A stretch of 64,000 nucleotides of DNA, taken from contig OX597815.1 in the NCBI GenBank assembly GCA_951406725.2, positions 138,508,001 to 138,572,000 of the forward strand, given 5' to 3'. The position numbers and the translations under genes are program-made. The stretch comes from Octopus vulgaris (taxonomy: Eukaryota). The number at the start of each line of letters is the position of its first letter. The stretch's first letter is position 1. The notes below the pieces were generated by a model that saw nothing but the letters and a program-made list of their open reading frames with translations, was not told the origin of the DNA and ran no database searches. Of the stretch, positions 1 through 13,449 are shown one piece after another.

Positions 1-674
1 TTTCAAAACAACCGCGTCGATGCAGTTTATTTCCGGAGACAAAAGCTAGAAACCATGTTCTAGGAGCTAAATTAGATGGTAAACGTTTTTAATTTTCAAT
101 CCTTTCGAGAAGTTATCCATAATTAGTGGTTTGAGTTTTCTACTGCTCTTTCTAGCACAAGGCTTTCCTATTTGGAAGCCTCTTAATGTGTTCTAATGTA
201 CACGATATTTTTATGTGAACAATATATAGTCTATTGACTATTTTTTTTGTGCTAGGCCACTGGTAATAATAATTTCTATAATTCTTATTATCCTAATATC
301 ATTTATTATGTATAAATATTTTTGATAGATTTGTTCGAAATTTTTACCGGCATCGCCGGAAATTAACTGCATCGACGCGGTTGTTTTGAAAAATTAGGAT
401 ACATAGGCAACCAGTTTACAGGCGAATCTAGCTGTGTTTATATTTGAAATCTAAAGGCTTCCTACTGACGAAACTAGCCTGAGTGAATATTTTTTTACTG
501 GAATGAGTTAGAAACCATGGTCTAGGAACTAAATTAGATGGTAAACGTTTTTAATTTTCAATCCTTTCGAGAATTTATCCATAATTAGTGGTTTTAGTTT
601 TCTACTGCTCTTTCTAGCACAAGGCTTTCCTATTTGGAAGCCTCTTAATGTGTTCTAATGTACACGATATTTTT

Positions 675-680
<6 letters not shown>
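1..680 (+). mobile_element. Penelope-like (pLTR)/retrozyme-like element: tandem direct repeats, an inverted 5' segment, ending in (TA)n
   Basis: 48-215 is directly repeated at 510-680. 1-36 is the reverse complement of 356-391. Contains an HHR at 459-528 and the 3' half of a second HHR at 46-66. Related sequence at 25712-25938. Confidence 0.7.
459..528 (+). ncRNA. Type I hammerhead ribozyme motif
   Basis: Stem I ttccta(459-464)/taggaa(523-528); core CTGACGA 465-471; stem II aact/agtt plus an unpaired A510; GAAA 511-514; palindromic stem III ACCATGGT; GTC cleavage triplet 520-522. Confidence 0.75.
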
Positions 681-725
<45 letters not shown>

Positions 726-790
726 ATGTATGCGTGTATGTGTGTGCGCGTGTATGTGTGTGTGTGTGTGTGTGTATGCATGTGTATGCA
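678..790. repeat. (TA)n/(TG)n compound microsatellite
   Basis: Seen directly. Confidence 0.95.
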
Positions 791-3299
791 CCATAAGGCT
801 GCAACAGGCTGAAAATATAAATATTATTAAATGTAGACTTATCTTTATTTAAGAACACTTATTTATGAAATATATCAATGAGAATTATGCAATAACTCCT
901 GTCATATTCTTCATTCAAGATTAGAATTTTAAAGACGCTTACGAATTCTCTTTGGAATTAGCGGTTTAATATTATCTGAAAAAAATTAATTCCAATCGAT
1001 AATTGTTCCAAAGGTTATACCTATATATATAAGTAAATATATACATGCACTTACACACTGGCGCACCCAACGCACACACACACACACACACACACACACG
1101 CGCGTGTTCACATGCATATATTTATAAAAATAATACAAGCACATACTCACACATGTACATAAATTCATATTCTGTATGTGCTGTGTTTAAAGTAAAATAA
1201 TTCGACTTAGAAAATTTTCTTCATCTTTCCCTTGACAACTGCATCAAAACATTAAAATGGAAGCAAAGCAAGAACCATTGAAGGAAACTTTATATTTGAA
1301 GTAGATGAACGATATTGATATTACTAAGTTTCACTCCAGAGGATCAGGTTGGAAAGAAAATGAGAATATTGGGCGATTACTAATTACGTAAGAACGTTTC
1401 CACCGTTGAACTGTTCTCTAATTGCTTTTGATGAACCTCTCTAACTTGTAGCAAACCATATGCTAAATATTCCCAACTGTTTTCGTTCCCTTGTGAATAA
1501 AAAATTGTCCCTAGCAATTTTTATTCACAATCGTCGTAAATGTTTCTGTATAACTTTAACTCTCACAAATAATGGAGATTGCGCAGAGATTAAAAAAACC
1601 CATACAAATGTATCAGTTTTTCTTCTCCTTTCATTAACTACAAAAGTTTTAGGCGTGGTGTTGCCTATGTCGCTATGACAATTCAAGATAATACATATTT
1701 ACAGTTATTGCGAATATAGACATTCGAAAAAAAAAAAAAAACCAAAACAGTGAAATATGTTTTAAATTGCAGCATTGTTTATATAATTGTGTTTACCTAG
1801 TAAATTAGGTAATTCATACGTGTGAAAAATGAGGTTTATTGTTTTTTCCATTCAGCTTAATGTTTTAGATTAACTGAAAAGAGGGATCCGTATGAAAATA
1901 GAGATATTCGGTGGGTTTAGGTTATGCAAATAATCTAATGAATGATAGGTAACTATTAATCGTTGTTAAGGCTGCAGCAGCATGTAGGTGTGAAACTGCT
2001 GTATCAAATTGATGAGCTTGTGGATAGTGACCTGTCAAAGCATGTCCAATTTGTTATTGCTACTGCTCTAGCAATGGATTGCGACTTTAAAGCTGTCACA
2101 TCCGTCGGAATGTTTTAAGGGTTGATTTCATTACATTGTACAATGAAGTGAGACACATCAGTTTGCTACCTTTATGTGTGTGTTACTGCTGTTCCCTTCT
2201 AGCGTGGGCTGCTGTACTTCTGTCGAGGTGAGTATCATAAGGCGACAGTCATTGATGCAAATTCTGTCGACGTAAGATTAATGATGGCTGAATAGCTAAT
2301 AGTGATCCTTTCTTTTATGATTGAGTATACGAATAGACTACTTTTTACGTTAGTAGATTTTAGGAATAATTACAAATTCCATAGGCTACTATGAAGTAAC
2401 TCACCGGCTCACTTTGCATCATGTTATTTAATATTTAACAATTTTGAAAGTAATGTAGCCTTTACAGTAGAGTAAAACAAGTTTCAAGAAATGTAGTAGC
2501 GGCAAACAATTTTGGAGAGGAAGTTGCAGTTACATATCCTTATGTATTTGGCACCCTTCTCTCTTTTGAATTAAGCAGTACCACGCATCTCATTTGAGCC
2601 ACACTCTGCTTACCGTCACTTGTTTCTGTAGTGAGGTCTGTCATCATGCCACCAGTGTAACTGCAAGCACTAACTGCGACCCAAGTTGCACCAGGATTTT
2701 GTGGGCCAGCACAGGTCAGCAGACTTATCTCGAAATTGTACAGTCGTTATATCATATCCATAACCACATTCATATTACTCTCTAGGGATCAATTCTCTGC
2801 CATATATTTTTCACTAAAACTTATCCCCCATGTTTTGAAATTACCTCTGCCATTTCTATCATTTGTATTATGTTTAATATATCTTTGTTAATATTGATAC
2901 GCCCCAAAATTATACTCGATATTTATTGAGTCTATTTTGTTCTAACTACAACAGCCATCTTGTTTTTAGAATTTTCTCAATTTCCACGAGCATACAATAA
3001 AAAACTCAGATTTGCGCCATCTCTTCCATGTACAGGGTTACTCTATTTTGTTAGTTATTACCTCATTCTGCTAAAGTTAGGCCTTTGACTAGGCCTCTGC
3101 ACAAGCAGACAAATTTAAATTCTTATTAATAGCACTTTAAAAGAAATACGTATGAACTTATCTTGTAATAATTAGCAGCAGGTATGTATATAAAATAACT
3201 AGGGAAATATATGTGTGCCACAGTTTGGTTTTGTAATTGTGTCGTATTGTTTGCTATTATTGACAATACAGTCATGCTAATTAATCTAATATTATATTG

Positions 3300-3950
3300 T
3301 GGCTAAATTACAAACAAGTTTGTAAATAGAAATAGCGCGTATGATAAATGTTTCGGTACCTAATCGAAACATATTTATTAATAAATATGCATTTTGTGAC
3401 TGTGTTTTAAGTTTCTTTTATGCCATAAAATATTTAAGCAATCTTTTCAAAGAGATGTACAATAGGTTTTCATGAGTAATGAAAAGTCAGGTTGATGTAT
3501 TCCACACCTATTGATAAGTCACTAGTGCGTTAACAATGACTTTTAAATGCTCTCTATTACATAAGGTATCAATGGATTTTAGATAACACTGTGTAACAGT
3601 ATTGAATAAATCTATAAATATATTCTGTAACACGATATAATTGAAATGCTGGATTGTTTTTATCGTGACGATAGGTTAACATACATCTCTCTATGAAAGC
3701 TTTTCTGTCTCAATTTTTTCCATAAAAACTATTATCTGTTAACTCTTTTTCAAGAGATTCCTTTTCTTGATTTCAATTTTCCAAAGTAAATTTACTTTTG
3801 ATAAAAAGATATTCTACTTCAGTCAATGAAGCTTTCGCATATATAGTTGTTTTGAAATGCAGGTTTTATTGTTGAATACAAATAATAACAGAATCGAATA
3901 ACTTTTCATTGATAAACATGTTTATATTATCAGCAACTTATGACAACGGT
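3300..3950 (-). pseudogene. Highly decayed Penelope-like RT C-terminal remnant (tentative)
   Basis: Minus-strand fragments such as FKTTIYAK and SFHRE resemble the PLE FxTxVYRK and FHxE motifs. Many stops and frameshifts. Confidence 0.3.
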
Positions 3951-4744
3951 AGAACAACGCTATGACAACAGTAAGACAAGCAGGGAAACTCATTCGTTTT
4001 GAGGATTAATATAGAATGCATTAGATACTATGCGATATTGAGAACAGCTGTCTTCTGGTTCTACCTTCTACCAACTTGCCGCCCTCAAATCTATATAATA
4101 TATTTAATATTAGAGAAGACTTACAATGGTTATGATAAGAGAATTAAAATACATATAACAGAATTAAAATACATATAAAAGATTTAAATTACAAAACTAA
4201 ATTTAAAACAAAATAATATTCCGAAAAATATTTTTATATGTTATTGTGTTTAAACCTAAATAAGTAATACAGAATGCAATATTTGCAACAAATAGTATTT
4301 CAGTACTTCACTATTGATAAAATCAGAGAATTTTGCTGTTTTCTAAAAACGTTTGGACGTTATCCAATGTTGTATAACATTAGATTCAAACACCTTCCAG
4401 GTAAACATCCTAAAATAACTCTAAACAGCTCTAATCCTATTAATGTAAGTTCGACAGTTTTCGTATTTATATCAAAAATATTTATTCTGTCATGCTGTCA
4501 GTTTTTTATGGTTTTATAGTAAAGATTTTTATCAACTAAACGACATATATTCTATGTCTAAATATTTCAAAATTTCCTTAATCTAGAATTCAATCTTTTA
4601 TTCCATCTTTTGAATGTTGTTTGATGAAGGTGTTAATATGAAACAGCATAAATAATACATAATTTCAAATTCCTATGTATACATCGCCACGAACTGCTTT
4701 GAATACACATATTTATCCAACCATCCATCTCTTCCTCGATCGAT

Positions 4745-4887
4745 CGATCCGTCCGTCCGTCCGTCCATCCATCCATCCATCCATCCATCCATCCATCCAT
4801 CCATCCATCCATCCATCAATCCATCTCATCATTTTACATAGCTGGCTTGCTAGGTACTAAGTTACTGAAATTAATATGTCATGTCAG

Positions 4888-4975
<88 letters not shown>
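4745..4975. repeat. (TCCA)n and (TATC)n microsatellites
   Basis: Seen directly. Confidence 0.95.
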
Positions 4976-4976
<1 letters not shown>

Positions 4977-7101
4977 CTATTTGTCTGTCTGTCTGTCTAT
5001 CTATGCACATATATATGTATATGTGAGTGTTTGTGTATCTCTTCATATCTATCAATATTTTTATTTAACTACTTGTCTGCTTATCTAACCAAAATCAATA
5101 AAGCTGCACGAATTTATGAAATCCATCATTTATGCCCGTCTTTGTTTTTACTGTACATCAAGTATAGTTCTGATAATTTAGCGTATAGTATCACTAAGAA
5201 AAGTGAACGCCTATTTATAAGAGTGTACGTACACTTCTCTCAATTTATGCTTAAAATATAATAATAAGACTGGTCTGGAGAAGTATGGAAAACGGCACAG
5301 TAGACAGCATCAACATCTGTACATATTCATAGCTTATCAGTGTTGGATAGATGGTAGTCAAAGCTGGTTGCTAAACAATTTGAATTAAAACATAAGTTGT
5401 TGCTGTTTGGTAACAGCTAAGCCTTGATCTATCGTACTGTCTGTTATTCGAGTATAGCGTATCTAATGCAATTTGTTCTACATTTTAAAGATTGTTAGGC
5501 ATGATTTAAAGGTCATTTGATCTTATGTGTAGCAGGTTGAATAAACAAACCACATAGAGACTCTTCGTCGTTTAGTAAAGTAAGGTAAATATATACAGCA
5601 GGAAATTCAGTCCATCATTCTACTGATGTAGCGGCCACTACTCATTGCATTTAACATAATTTCGAGCATCGAAACAAGTGAGCTATTCTAAAAGCAGGTT
5701 CGTAGTCAACTACGATTCTAATAATACATTACATGAGCTTATTTTTCGCTTGATGAATAACGAAAGGAAAATCTATATCTGCCACAGCTATATGCTGACT
5801 TATTGACTCTGATATATAACAATCTCACTCTTCGTTTTATATTAACACTGTGCCTTTATTGTTTTTTCTCGATTATTTTGTAATAGCATTCAAGTTTCGT
5901 ATTTCGGGTGTACTATCCGTAGATGGTCTGCTGTAGAGTAATCTGAGCTCACACATACATAATATTGAAGAATGCAAATATGAACTAGGCTAAAGGTAAA
6001 TAACGTAGAATGTAAATTTGTTTCAATTTAGGATTTCCTCTGTTTGTTTCCTTTTTTTATTTTAAGTTCCATATTAACGCTTCATAATTAGCTCGAGGGG
6101 AGCTTTCATGTAAGTAATGGAATTCCTATATCTGCAGACAGTAAAACCTATCTTTATAATTAAGGACTTTGAAGAACATTTTTGTGCAGAAAGGATTTGT
6201 GACAGGCAGCTGAGAGCATGGTTTTGTAATTGATTTGATTTAAGCTAAAGGCGGTTTCATAGATCAAAGCTATTATTAGTTCTTTCAGCTTTCCCAGTCT
6301 GAGAATATTACTTTAGGTTTGCTATGAGCTAAATATATTCTACATTTCAACAGCTTTATTCTCAAATGCCAAATCTGACATGAATCTTGTCACACGGCTT
6401 TATTTAGGAATAGCCTCAAAATTTAAAATATTTCTACTTGTGTCCAGAAGTGGAAGCATTTTTTAGGTTGAAAATAATGTGGGAAAAGTAATTAAGGTAA
6501 AAATCTGACAATGAGCTCCATGAAAGGTGTCCGATTGGCATCTGATATGCTTCAAGCAAGTTATATGGATGATTCCTACTTTAAGGAGTTTGAAAACACA
6601 TTTCACTAACTGATGCCTGTTTTAGCCATAAAATATATGAATTACGCTAGTTGGAGAACCATGAAAATGAGATGTAGTTGTTTACATATTCCGAATGCCA
6701 TTTAAAATAATTTCGATATTAATAGTATTTCAAATTTAATTTGTAATTAGTAACCAAAATAATTCAAATCATAAAAACATTGAAATGTTCAGATATGTAA
6801 ATTATGTCTTGACTTTACTATTCAGTGAACATTGTTTTCGTCCAACATTCATGTAAGAAACACCAATTTGACATAAACCTTAGAGCATCAGAAAAAATGA
6901 CATGCTGTGTTTGTTTCGGCTTTACATTCTGTGTCCTGCCGGGGTCAAATTTACTTTTCTTCTGGGTTTGATAAAATATAGTACCAATTACATACCGGCA
7001 TTTTACTGGTACTTGTACAGATTGATAGTGTTAACCAAATACCTCCCCTCTTAATCACTGGTATTGTACTTAAAATAGAAACCATTATTTTCTTATATGA
7101 A

Positions 7102-7315
7102 GGCAGCGAGATGACAGAATCGTTAGCACGCCGGAAGAAAAGCTTACCGGTATTTCGTGTGTCGCCACGTTCTGAGTTCAAATACCGCCCATGTCGACTT
7201 TGCCTTTCAGCCTTTCGGGGTCGATTAAATAAGTATCAGTCACGCACTGGTGTCGATGTAATCAAATTAATCCCCTCCCACAAGCTGCCCTTGTGACAGA
7301 AATTTGAAATTATTA
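7102..7315 (+). mobile_element. tRNA-derived SINE, family A
   Basis: Head ggcagcgag...cgttagcacgccgg, B-box-like gagttcaaa, body gtcgactttgcctttc...aataagta. Matches the copies at 39465, 45129, 54225 and 56137. Confidence 0.85.
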
Positions 7316-7349
7316 TTTCCTTACCTGTTTCAATGCATCGGTACACGAG

Positions 7350-7486
7350 GTGCAGGCGTGGATACGAGGTAAGAAGTTTTCTTCTCAACTGCCTGATTCC
7401 GAGTTCAGTCCCACTGTCTGGCACCTTAAACAAGTTCCCGCTGCTATAGCTTCGGTCCGACCAGAGCCTTGTGAGTGGACTCGCAA
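7350..7486 (+). mobile_element. SINE family B, 5' fragment interrupted by the CR1-like LINE
   Basis: gagttcagtcccactg...gccttgtgagtgga aligns with the 5' half of 50127-50545. Confidence 0.7.
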
Positions 7487-8618
7487 TAGTTAGTTAGTTA
7501 GTTAGTTAGTTAATTTGGCTCAAAAGCAAATAGCAAGGCCATGTAGGGGGACATGGAGTTTAGTACAGGGTGGTGTTCATGTAAAGAGTTCCGGCCACTT
7601 GAGGTCCAGGGAGGCTTTGAACAAAGCGGTCGTCGGCATCTTCACCATTTCGTCTGGCAGCTTGTTCCACGGATCCGCAACCCGGACGGAGAAAGCTCCT
7701 CTCCTTCGATTGAGATGAAATCGTCGCAGGTAGAGCTTTTCGGAATGACCCCGCAGCCGACGCTCCGGAGCAGGAGTGAAAAACAGCTCTTTCGAGAGGT
7801 TACACTTCCCGCTTATGATGTTGTGGGCGAGAATGAGATCACCACGGCGGCGGCGTTTTTCAAGAGAATAAAGGTCGAGCGTCCTCAGCCTTTCTTCGTG
7901 CCAAAGCTTTTGACTCGGTAAACCACCGCCTACTACTTGTCAAGCTTCAAGCATATAGTTTCCATCCGGATATTGTACGATGGGTTGGTGCCTTCCTCTC
8001 AGATCGCTCCTTCCAAGTTCAAGTTAATGGTTCGCGGTCCGACGTCTCCAGTGCGAGCAGTGGCGTGCCTCAAGGTTCAGTGCTTGGGCCCTTGTTGTTC
8101 TTAGTCTTCATAAATGACTTGCCCGACGACCTCACGCAACACACCCTTCTATTTGCCGACGATATCAAACTGGTCGCTCCTCGCGGTAGTATAGAGGATC
8201 TTCGTCGATGCCTCCACCAAATTTGGAAGTGGTCTAACGATTGGGACCTGTGTCTGAACGTGTCAAAGTGCTGTCATCTGCCTGTCGGCTCTACTCCTGC
8301 AACTCAACTTGATTTCGAGCCGGGTCGTCTGCTGCTGGCGAGGACCGATCAGGTAAAGGACCTGGGTATCTTGGTGGATTCCTCCTTTTCGCCTTCGGCC
8401 CAGTGCGTCCATGCTGCCAACAAAGCGCGCGGAATTCTGTTTTTGATTCAACGGTCATTCGGAATGCTCACAGCAGCCACTCTATGTCACGCTGGTGAGA
8501 CCCATATTGGAGTATGGGATTCAAGCCTCTTCTCCTTATCTCCTCAAAGACATACAGCACCTCGAAAGAGTCCAGAGGCTGGCTACCCGCATGGTTCATG
8601 GTCTCAAAAATTTGTCCT
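7487..8618 (-). mobile_element. CR1-like non-LTR retrotransposon, 5'-truncated with a 5' inversion
   Basis: The minus strand from 7899 to 7577 encodes (Y)EERLRTLDLYSLEKRRRRGDL...RRLRGH...FSVRVADPWNKLP, followed by a short UTR and a (TAAC)n tail at 7487-7513. The plus strand from 7900 to 8618 encodes the upstream RT part. Confidence 0.9.
7900..8618 (+). pseudogene. Reverse transcriptase fragment (CR1/L2 group), the inverted segment
   Basis: AKAFDSVNH...GVPQGSVLGPLLFLVFINDLP...LFADDIKL...VKDLGILVD...RPILEYG...ERVQRLATRMV. Frameshift or small deletion near 8480. Confidence 0.9.
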
Positions 8619-9099
8619 TGATTATGTATGTGTGTGTATGGGCAACCGGTGTAGTTAAGAATTTTATATTTAAACCTGGTAATAATAACGAAGTTTAAAA
8701 ATAAAATAGGTACAGGATCGACTCGTTCGTTAGACTTCCTTAAGGAAATGTCCCTGCATGCCCGCAGTCTAATGACTAAAACAAAAGTTAAGAAAATAAA
8801 GATGAAAGATCATTGTAGGAATTTTTATTGTATTATTAAAGCAATTTTATATATACTTAAATGCACATTTATCTTTGTATTGCGATATGTAACAATAGAC
8901 TTTTATATCTGGAATTAACCATCAATCGAGATATAACATACTGTCGGTGTTTTCTCTTGCTAATATACTGAAATTTATGTGTGGGAATGTCTTTCTATTG
9001 GTGCCGTTTCTATGTACCAACGGAATATTCATATATAAGAGATATAAAATGAACCCTCATGAATTAATAATATTTGAAGAATTATTCATCTAAGGAAAT

Positions 9100-9800
9100 G
9101 GAATAGCAATAGGATCTCATGCCGTCAATTGTGAACAAATTATAAACTAAATGTAGAATATATTCAATTAATATTCTCTAGTTAAATTAGACAACATACA
9201 AATTGCTAAATCCTGATAAATTTAAGTAATTCAGACATATTCTGGAATAATGCATGTGAAATTGAATTCTCTAAAGTTACCTTCAGCTATAAATCATCAA
9301 AAGCAATATCTGGCTTGCAAGGAAATTTAATTTGTAGTGGTTGTATTAGCAAAGCAAGAGTTAATTGAATGAGCATCCATAAAGTAAGTTTTGTTGGTGT
9401 ATCATCAGGATAAGAAATAGCTAACATTTCATTTAAATGATAAAGGATACTTAGAGAATATATAAGAAATAATATCTGTTTGAGAAGTTGAGTATCTCTT
9501 TGAGAAGTTACTTAAAATGTTTAAGATATTAAAACTTGAAATGATTGAACAGTTTTGGTACTGGATTTAGAAGTAAGGTTTTTGTTTTAAAACTTTGTCC
9601 TATCCACCTGATGCTGGATAGCAGAAATGGTCAAACCGATTTTATGATTCTACTCAAATTAATCATAAATGAAAACTTCAGTAACAAAATAGATTGGATT
9701 TTATCATATTTGGTTTTCGAAGGGTCAGAATATTTTATGACAGCCACCACTGTTTGGCACGTATTTTCCTTACAAAAGTTTGATACTAGAAACAATCTTT
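9100..9800 (-). pseudogene. Decayed CR1/L2-like RT remnant (tentative)
   Basis: Minus-strand SYPDDT (YADDT-like) near 9400 and DPSK (DLSK-like) near 9720. Heavily disrupted. Confidence 0.3.
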
Positions 9801-10199
9801 ACAAAATTTATGTAACCTCATACAACCTCTTGTAATCTCTTATTACCACAACCAGCATGATACAGAATACTATTGTTTCAAGTAACATTAAAGTTACACG
9901 CTCTATATCGTTCCTTTCAACACACAAGATAAAATGTTACAGTTTAAGCATATCGGATTTCTGTTTTATAATTTTGCTTCTTATTCAATATATTGTCTCT
10001 TTACCTTCTGCTTGATACATCTAAAGACGCTTTAAGAATTTCAGTTATTTTGTCATGAATGTATGTATTTATGTAGGTATGTATGTGTATGCAATTTAAT
10101 CATGGCTGAATTTGCTCTGAGTAACCACTTCGAGTTTCACGTCATTAGATAATTGATGTTTTTTTTTTTATAAATATATAGACCATCGTGTTTGCTGTA

Positions 10200-12850
10200 A
10201 GTTCTCTAGAAGTAATAATCTAATACCCTATCATCCTGAAATCTGAGTCAAAATAGCAATAACCGACAGAATGCTGATTTCTCAGAACTATACAACTTTT
10301 AATCGTGACTCCAAGAAATGAGTAGGAAACACGAGTGAACTAGTACCTCGCTACAAGCTACTAGTACTTTTGAAGCTGGTGAACTAACATAAGTAGAGGC
10401 TATTAGTAGCCTCGAAGGACTATTCGTCCGGGTATGTCACTCTTAATTGCACAAAAGTTATAATAGCAAATGAAGTGGATGAAGAAGTTCGAAGCGCATT
10501 GACAGAACTCAGGTTGTACATACGGCATATTCTCCAGGAATAAAAACAATGGTACCCACCTACATTGTATTGGATTATGGACCCTCTATTTATATTTCGT
10601 TAGTTAAAAATGCATAGAATTTGAAGACCATATAAAAATGACAGAATTTGATCTTTTGCTGTTGATCCGTTTACAGACTGTAGAGAAGAAAAGACGAACT
10701 CGCTAGTGTGTAGGATACCTGGCAATTGTAACCGAAATTTAATGACAAGTTTTCACAAAATATATGATTTGGTGGAAAAGAGTATAGAGAAAAGCGAAAA
10801 TCATATAGATAGCTTTATAGCGAAACCATTGATTAGGTAATGAATAATTATGGACAGCAGTTGATTATAAACTAAATAAAGGCCTTTTGATATCAACATT
10901 GTAAAAGCAAATTCTCCTCTACAAGGATGCAACGATGAAAATACAGAAGAATTGTACGAAAAAATAAAAATGAAAAATAGACTAAATCTAAAGAAATAAC
11001 TATTATATAACTATTATATATGGAAATTGAAGAACAAAATTCTACACAGGAAGTGTCAGGAATAAAAGTGGTCAATATGAATTAGGCAATGGACCCCAAA
11101 AGGTGACCGACTGGACCGCTTGTCCAAAGATACAACCTTGTAATAAGCATCGCTCTCTTACAATAATCACTAAGAAAATTATAAACGTTGAAGAGATAAA
11201 AAAGAAAATAACATGTTACGAGTTGATAAACCAACGGTTTAGAAATTAAGAGAGACTTGCAAAAACATATCCTTGAGCAGGCTTCAATTCAGACCATAAG
11301 TCAGTGATAATTAAATTACAAATAAAAGTTAAGAAAGTGAAAGTGGCTAAAAGACGAGAACAATTAAACTTTCGAAAACAAACTGAATACAAAACGAATT
11401 TATGTTAAAAAGTATGAATATTTTTGCGATGAAAATGTACAAGAACAATTTGATAAAAACAAACTGAAGAAAAGTGAAACAATTAAAACAATTAAAACTT
11501 GTATGCAGATATTTCTAATGAACTAATGAAAATGCTGCCTTGAAGGAGGAAAGAAAGAAAGAAAAGTTTGATAGCTAATGAAATTTTATCAAAAATGAAA
11601 GAAAGGGGAAGGGAATAAAGTTCAGGAAAATATAACATCCTGTTCTGAATGTAGAAAAAGTCAAGTCAAATACCACGCGGCTGAAAATCATAATAACTAG
11701 CATGAATCCAAATATACATATGATAAGTTAAGTGAGATCAAACCGTAATTGCAGTAAACAAAGTGGTAATATTCAAAACAAAAATAAAAATATGTTGTGC
11801 TCAAGAGAAGATTGCACCCTGATCGATTGATAAGAACGGACTTCCTTTGTGCAATTTCGAAACTGTTAACAGAAAGAACATTTTAAATGAATCAGTAAAG
11901 GCAATAATGTCAGTAAATTGTGGAAAGTCAACAGAAGCAGATAAAATACCAGTAGGAGCACTAAGAATATTAACTAAGCACATCCTAGATCTAAACACAG
12001 GCGTAATATGATATATGAGAGCGAAATTCTCAATTGGAGCAAAGCAAACTTTACGAAAAAGATGAAATACTCAAGACTGCACAAATTTTAGGGCAAGATT
12101 ATGAAAGAGCTATGGGGAAAACACTACTATATGAAGAATAAATGAAGAGATCAGTCACTACAAAGTAATTTTGGTTCAAGAACGGACCATACATGAAAGC
12201 GCCCTTGACATAAATCAAAATGATTCTTGGACTATATATTAATATATTATTTGACAGAGTAAAACGCGCAAACATGATTAACTGATTATCAGAACTCGGC
12301 ATACATGATAGACCTATAAACAGCAACAATAATATATTGAAACAAAAGGGCAGTGATCAGAATTGAACGAGGAAACCCCAGAATATAATATAATGAAAAG
12401 AGTCAGGCAAAGCTACGTACGTGCTAAGAATCTAGGTGAAATAATATGTTACACTTCACTATATGGAGCTAAAACATCGCAAGTATTATCAAATATATTA
12501 CAAGCATTTGAGACACGGAGATATAAAAGACTTTTGAGAATAGCACGTAAAGATCTTAAACGAATAATATAATACTAAAAACGTCAAAACTAAGAAAGTT
12601 TCTTGAAATACTAAACAAAACAAAACAAAAAAAAGAAACCTAAACTATTTTAAAGACTTCATTAGAAAAATTGCTTATAGCTACTGTTAATAAATTGGGA
12701 AGAGAAGAGGAAAGTCCTGAATTGCATACATAATTCATATGAAGAATTGGACAAACTTAAAATACAGTGAATGTATAAGGATAGTACAGGAAAGCCTGAA
12801 CTAACGATTCATGTGACTGAACCTGGTGAGAGCGGGCGATGTCTGACAGC
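10200..12850 (+). mobile_element. Decayed RTE-clade LINE (APE endonuclease + RT remnants)
   Basis: Ordered remnants: SDH (~11290), GKSTEADKIP (~11920), DCTNFR (~12075), FDRV (~12250), VRQ (~12400), LYGAKT, AFETRRYKRLLRI (~12505). Many stops. Confidence 0.65.
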
Positions 12851-13449
12851 GGTAATAATTATTATCATGCACACTGGCTGTTCATTACTCCTAACTTTTA
12901 AGTGCCGCAACTCAAATTAATCCTAAATACGTCAAAGTCTTCTTGGTTTGTGCATAGTTTCTCTGACGTTAGTAAAAATAGTTTCCACCATTAACTTGTA
13001 ATATATATTAAGAGGTCATCCCTATTTCTTTCCGGCAGGTATTCACATCGAACAACCAATAAAAGTCAAATCATTCATGACTTCCCTACACACCCTTGCG
13101 GTATATACATGTTCACTAGCTACTGGAGTAATATCATCTAAGAAAACAACAGTGAGCACTCACATAATTATTCCACATCCTTTCTAGCCCAAAACAGCAA
13201 AGACTGAAATATATATTTACCTGTAAAGTATTTCCGTCAATTTGTTTTCACAAAGTACTGAACAATATTAGTTTCAATTATCTTAAAACTGGTCACCTGA
13301 GAATCAGGATCTTGCTACCCTAAGTAGGGAATCATAAAAGAAATCAGCCTTGAATAAATTCCATTCCACTCAACAATCATTTATTGGGTATTTTACCTCA
13401 TAATTACATGAACATCCGTGTTATTATTTATCATATATATATTTATTAT

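Noticed and set aside
7487-7513. (GTTA)n as a telomeric repeat
   Set aside because: Not TTAGGG; it is the (TAAC)n tail of the CR1-like element.
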